A DNA stretch of 64,000 nt, taken from Candidatus Latescibacterota bacterium (GTDB taxonomy: Bacteria; Latescibacterota; UBA2968; SICM01). The position numbers and the translations under genes are program-made. The notes under the pieces were generated by a model. It saw nothing but the letters and a program-made list of their open reading frames with translations. It did not search any database and was not told where the DNA came from. Of the stretch, positions 60,155 to 64,000 are shown one piece after another. Positions within the stretch are counted from its first letter, which is position 1. Each line of letters begins with the position of its first letter. The DNA lies in contig CBDCJO010000002.1 in NCBI GenBank assembly GCA_965217865.1, forward strand, positions 3,776,001-3,840,000, given 5' to 3'.

Positions 60155-61642
60155 TCAGCCCTCAATCTCCGATTCCCTCACAAGGGTTCGGATCGCATCC
60201 ACGAGTACGCGTGTCGCGATGCAGTCATCGTGATTGTATTCCAGAATCCTCTGGCGGACGGAACGATCCCGGCTCTGTGTCCAGCGGTGAAACCATTCGA
60301 TCGAAGCGGCTCCTGACGGATCCGGATCACGCCAGTGGAATCCCAGGTATGTGGCCAGAGTTTTGATCGAGAGATCACGGGTCGGCCATTCCATCTTCGA
60401 TCGAACCACATCGATGTAGAGATCGACGGTGGTGTTCGAGGCGAACAGCTCATCCACCTCGGATCTTCGTGCGACGTCCGGATGCTTGGCGGCGAGTCTC
60501 CGCCAAGCCGTTCTTTCATAAGGCGAGTAGTAGTAGATCGCGCTGGGTTGAACCCGTCGGATGTATTCCCAGGCCCGGGCAAAGGCCTCTCTCTCCTGAT
60601 CGATAGACTCGGATTCAGCGAAGCATTCTACGTAGTTTTCGGTCTCAGGATTTCCATCACGACGCTCGAGAAATCCGTGAAGATAGCAGATGTCCTTGAA
60701 CGGGTCTGTCTCCACATCGAAGAACAGCTCGAGATCCGGTGAAGGAAGTGCGAAAGGTGCAGTCAGGTAGGGTTTGGGATCGGGCTGGACCTGGAGCCGC
60801 GCACGGGCGTGAAACCGGCGAAGCACGTTAACCCCGAGCCCGGGCACCTCCAGGGTCGAGAGGTCTGCGGCGGCGAGTTCACGAACCGTTGAAACGATGG
60901 GCGAAAGGCGATCCCGGCGGGATCGACCGAGCTCCGGAATGAGGGTAAGGTCGTCCATCTCTACGACGCGCTCTGAGCAGAACGGACGCCAGTGACAGAG
61001 CTTACACTCACTGATGCAGGCGGGCTGTGTTTCAGCCTGATGGGTTACGATTCTCCGTGCTTCGGACAGGCAGTCCTGATAAGCGTCCCATAGGGAGGTC
61101 GGTGTTTTGGGCCCCCGGCGGGCTTCGAGATCGTAGGACACCTCGTTCCCGTGAATGTCCCATACGAAGGCCAGGCGACCGGCCGATTGACCGAGGCGCT
61201 CAAGGATATCACAGTAGAGCGCGAGCTGGACGCCGTAATGTTTCTTGGGCTTCCCGTCGGTGTCCTCACTCAACCCTTCGACTCCCGCTCCGCTCTTGAT
61301 ATCACCGGGTCCGTAGCCGTCTCCGATCCGCCGCAGAAGATCGGGCTCGCCAAGGAGATCGTCCGCCCGGATCCGTCCCCCGTAAATCAAAGGCTCCCCC
61401 GCGGCTATTCGTTCAATCGTCAGGCGTTCACGGTCCTGGTTCGAAAAGGGTCTGAGGTTTACAAAGGGGATTTCCAGGTTATCAATGACCTGCTGTTCGA
61501 AGGCATTCCCCCTCTCCCAGAGAAGCTGGACAAATGGACTTATTGGGATGCGGTTTGCCGGGTCCTGGGTTAGATCCAGGGTCACGCGATGCGGGCATTG
61601 TATCAGATCGTAGAGCATGGAGGCGGTGATCGGATTGCCCAT
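60155..61642 (-). CDS. TM0106-family RecB-like nuclease with RNase H-like domain
   Basis: QCPHR, GEPDLL, DIKS, QLALY, C..C.W..FC cluster, FFDVET, LSIKTLA.YLGF.W, YNHDDCIAT. Confidence 0.88.
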   Translation of the reverse strand: MGNPITASMLYDLIQCPHRVTLDLTQDPANRIPISPFVQLLWERGNAFEQQVIDNLEIPFVNLRPFSNQDRERLTIERIAAGEPLIYGGRIRADDLLGEPDLLRRIGDGYGPGDIKSGAGVEGLSEDTDGKPKKHYGVQLALYCDILERLGQSAGRLAFVWDIHGNEVSYDLEARRGPKTPTSLWDAYQDCLSEARRIVTHQAETQPACISECKLCHWRPFCSERVVEMDDLTLIPELGRSRRDRLSPIVSTVRELAAADLSTLEVPGLGVNVLRRFHARARLQVQPDPKPYLTAPFALPSPDLELFFDVETDPFKDICYLHGFLERRDGNPETENYVECFAESESIDQEREAFARAWEYIRRVQPSAIYYYSPYERTAWRRLAAKHPDVARRSEVDELFASNTTVDLYIDVVRSKMEWPTRDLSIKTLATYLGFHWRDPDPSGAASIEWFHRWTQSRDRSVRQRILEYNHDDCIATRVLVDAIRTLVRESEIEG

Positions 61643-61681
61643 TTTGGAGAGTCCTTAAAGATCACTCTACCGGGAGATGGA

Positions 61682-63778
61682 TTACCAGAGTTTTTTGAGA
61701 AGACCTTCGGCTTTCTTCCGGGTCCTTTTTTTTGCCTGCGTTTTTAGGTCGAGGGTGACGACCGGTTTGTCCGTGGTGCCCCCAAAATGAATGCTGACAG
61801 GGATCGTGGTGCCAGATGGGCTTTTCTCTCCGAAGAAGGAACCCAGGACTTGTCCGATGTTGAGGCCCCCGACATTTAGGTGTTGGGCGGGCAGATCCAT
61901 GTCGATCGTTACGTCCAGGCTACCATCGAAACCCGCCGAGCCGTTTATGCGGCACGGGACGTCTGCCGCGGTCAGGGTGAGCTTTTGGAGGTAGACCCGT
62001 TCGTCCGAGACCCGAAAGCTTGTCTTGAGGGCCTTGATGGGAATTTCGTTGAAGTCCAGGAAGGAGAGCTGGGAGATGCCGGAGGCATTGTCTTTCAACC
62101 AGGTCCAGTTGACGATTTTACCTTCGGCCACGCCGCCAGTGCCGTCGGCCGAGATTTCCTTTTCGATTAGGGTGAGGGTGGAGTCGATTACCCCGGTCAT
62201 CTTCATGGCGAGACTCATGCTCCCCTGAAGCGGAAGGGGCAGTCCGAAAAAGTTTTTAAGCACGCCATCGGAGTTGGAACCGGCAAGCTTCAAGTCGGCC
62301 CTGACCGGAAGGGTTCCGTGCGGCTTCCGCGCGTCCACGTCGATCTTCCCGGTGAGCGCACCACCGTAGATCCGTCCGGTGATATCTTTCAGCGAGAGGC
62401 GCCGATTCTTCGCGGTGACCGTCGCCTTGAGGTCGCGAAGAACGGCCCCGCTTTTCACCTCTTTCGCTGCGATGCTCCCGCGGGCGTCGATATCCCGGAC
62501 CAGCAGGAGCAGGGGTGATGTTTCGTCCGCGTATGATGCGGCGTAAGCCGGAACGGTGAGGGACCATTCGTCGCGTTCCAGCCGGGCGGTCGATTTCGGA
62601 GGATCAGCGGGCAGCATTTCATCGAGATCGAGAAGGTTCGAGTTTAAGGTGAAGCTGAGAAAAGGGCGTCCTTCGGCGAAGATAACCTCCGTGAGACCGG
62701 AAAGGCGACCTGTCCCGGAGAGGTCTGATCGCCCGGCCTTTGCGCGTAGCTCTTCAATGCTCAGGACGTTTTCAGCCGCGCGGATACGGATGACGCCGTG
62801 TTCCAGAGGAACGAGAAGGTCCGGGGTCTTCACGGTGAGGTGGGTGACGGCGATCGATCCTGTGAGGTCGGGGAATGCGGGGGGACTGGCTTCCGGGGCA
62901 AAAGGCCCTTGCAGCGACGCGGAGGCGGAGATTATCCCATCAGCGACTACGCCATCCGGCGAGGACCATTCCAAGTTGTCTTTGGCGTTCCGGAGCTCAA
63001 GAGAAAGGTCCGGCACTCCGGAGACGTTCCGGATCATGCCGTTCATCTCGATTTCGAGCGGACCGGAGCTCACACGTACGGACTCGACGGTGATTTTGTC
63101 GGATTTCGGGTCGAGAGATATCCGGTGAGAGAGGGAGAATCCGGCGGCCGAGGTCTCGCCCCCTCCGGGATCGATGGTGACGATATCGGCAATGGAGGCA
63201 CGGCCCTTCAGCTTAAGCGCATCGCCTTCGAGGGCGATGTCGAGCCGGTAGTCGATCTTATCGAGGCGCGTGACAATCCCGGTCCGGCGATCCTCCTGCC
63301 GCATCGATCCGTTGATGACTTCGAGCCGTTCGATCGGGAGGACAGGTGCGCTGACCCCGCTTTTTTCCGATTCCTTTGGCTCCGACTTGATCAGGTCCTC
63401 ATAGTTCGCTTCGCCTTTTTCGTTTACGACGATTGAGATACCGGGCTTTTCGATTCGAATCGTGCCGAGTTCAGGCTCGCTTGTGAGCAGTGAAAACAAT
63501 GGGATCGACACACCCGCGTGGCGGGAAGCGAGAAACGGGTCCGAGCCGAAGCCTTCTCGGTCATCGATTCGCAGCCCGTCGATCGATGCGCTGAGCCCGC
63601 CCCAGAGGCTGAGGCCGATGTCGTCGAGTTGAACCCTCCGTTGGAGGGCTTCTTCGATTCGGGGAACGATCAGGGCTCGGAGGCGATCGGGGGTGAGGTA
63701 AAGGTACAGGCCGAGGACTATCAGGAAGCATAGGGCGAACAGAACGATGATGGCTGTCAGGAGGAGTTTTTGTTTCAT
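61682..63778 (-). CDS. AsmA family protein
   Basis: N-terminal TM, G..NYEDL, LDLDEMLP, YGGAL.G, C-terminal IPV...GT..KP. Confidence 0.85.
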   Translation of the reverse strand: MKQKLLLTAIIVLFALCFLIVLGLYLYLTPDRLRALIVPRIEEALQRRVQLDDIGLSLWGGLSASIDGLRIDDREGFGSDPFLASRHAGVSIPLFSLLTSEPELGTIRIEKPGISIVVNEKGEANYEDLIKSEPKESEKSGVSAPVLPIERLEVINGSMRQEDRRTGIVTRLDKIDYRLDIALEGDALKLKGRASIADIVTIDPGGGETSAAGFSLSHRISLDPKSDKITVESVRVSSGPLEIEMNGMIRNVSGVPDLSLELRNAKDNLEWSSPDGVVADGIISASASLQGPFAPEASPPAFPDLTGSIAVTHLTVKTPDLLVPLEHGVIRIRAAENVLSIEELRAKAGRSDLSGTGRLSGLTEVIFAEGRPFLSFTLNSNLLDLDEMLPADPPKSTARLERDEWSLTVPAYAASYADETSPLLLLVRDIDARGSIAAKEVKSGAVLRDLKATVTAKNRRLSLKDITGRIYGGALTGKIDVDARKPHGTLPVRADLKLAGSNSDGVLKNFFGLPLPLQGSMSLAMKMTGVIDSTLTLIEKEISADGTGGVAEGKIVNWTWLKDNASGISQLSFLDFNEIPIKALKTSFRVSDERVYLQKLTLTAADVPCRINGSAGFDGSLDVTIDMDLPAQHLNVGGLNIGQVLGSFFGEKSPSGTTIPVSIHFGGTTDKPVVTLDLKTQAKKRTRKKAEGLLKKLW

Positions 63779-63858
63779 ATTATTGATTCTTTGGAATGCA
63801 AAAAGGGAGTCCCATCCCGTCGTGAGGAGATCTCCCCCCTTGAGCCTTGGACACCTGA

Positions 63859-64000
63859 TTATCTCCAGTCGAGCAAGACACCTGTATAGGTCCCGGGGTC
63901 GTTGAGCAGTCCATCGTAAGCCTGCTTGATCGAGGATGGTTTCAGGCGATGCGAGATAAGCGGCCCGACCTTTAGCTCTCCCCGCTGGATCCAGTCGAAG
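63859..64000 (-). CDS. C-terminus of a zinc-binding dehydrogenase (partial at window edge)
   Basis: FDWIQRGELKVGPLISHRL...AYDGLLNDPGTYTGVLLDWR*. Confidence 0.65.
   Translation of the reverse strand, partial: FDWIQRGELKVGPLISHRLKPSSIKQAYDGLLNDPGTYTGVLLDWR

Overview
Heavily rearranged accessory region of a bacterial genome. GWxTD proteins, a MacB-like permease expansion and large glycoside hydrolases suggest an FCB-group/Latescibacterota-like host (inference only). Left to right: (1) a GH78 rhamnosidase-like gene split by a 2,140-bp transposase-less IS1595-type cassette (25-bp TIRs, 8-bp TSD) carrying a type II restriction-modification pair and a RelE-like ORF; (2) tandem GWxTD/TPR paralogs that differ mainly in two AT-rich variable segments; (3) an integrase-less integron cassette array (about 16.2-27.3 kb, plus an outlying attC at 8.5 kb) whose cassettes show long end complementarity, including a KAP NTPase cassette split and inverted at TA junctions; (4) a sigma-54 two-component system facing a cluster of ABC permeases, ATPases and an adaptor; (5) three near-identical copies of a 1,528-bp IS5/IS1182-like element, one IS3-family element and two MITEs; (6) a c-di-GMP-I riboswitch with a large P3 insertion, astA-astB and a tRNA-Pro 3' fragment; (7) a mosaic heptamer/module repeat array just downstream of a DUF1016N-thermonuclease fusion gene. 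Many single-base frameshifts, often in homopolymers, may be sequencing errors. All family assignments come from motif recognition by eye; no database search was run.
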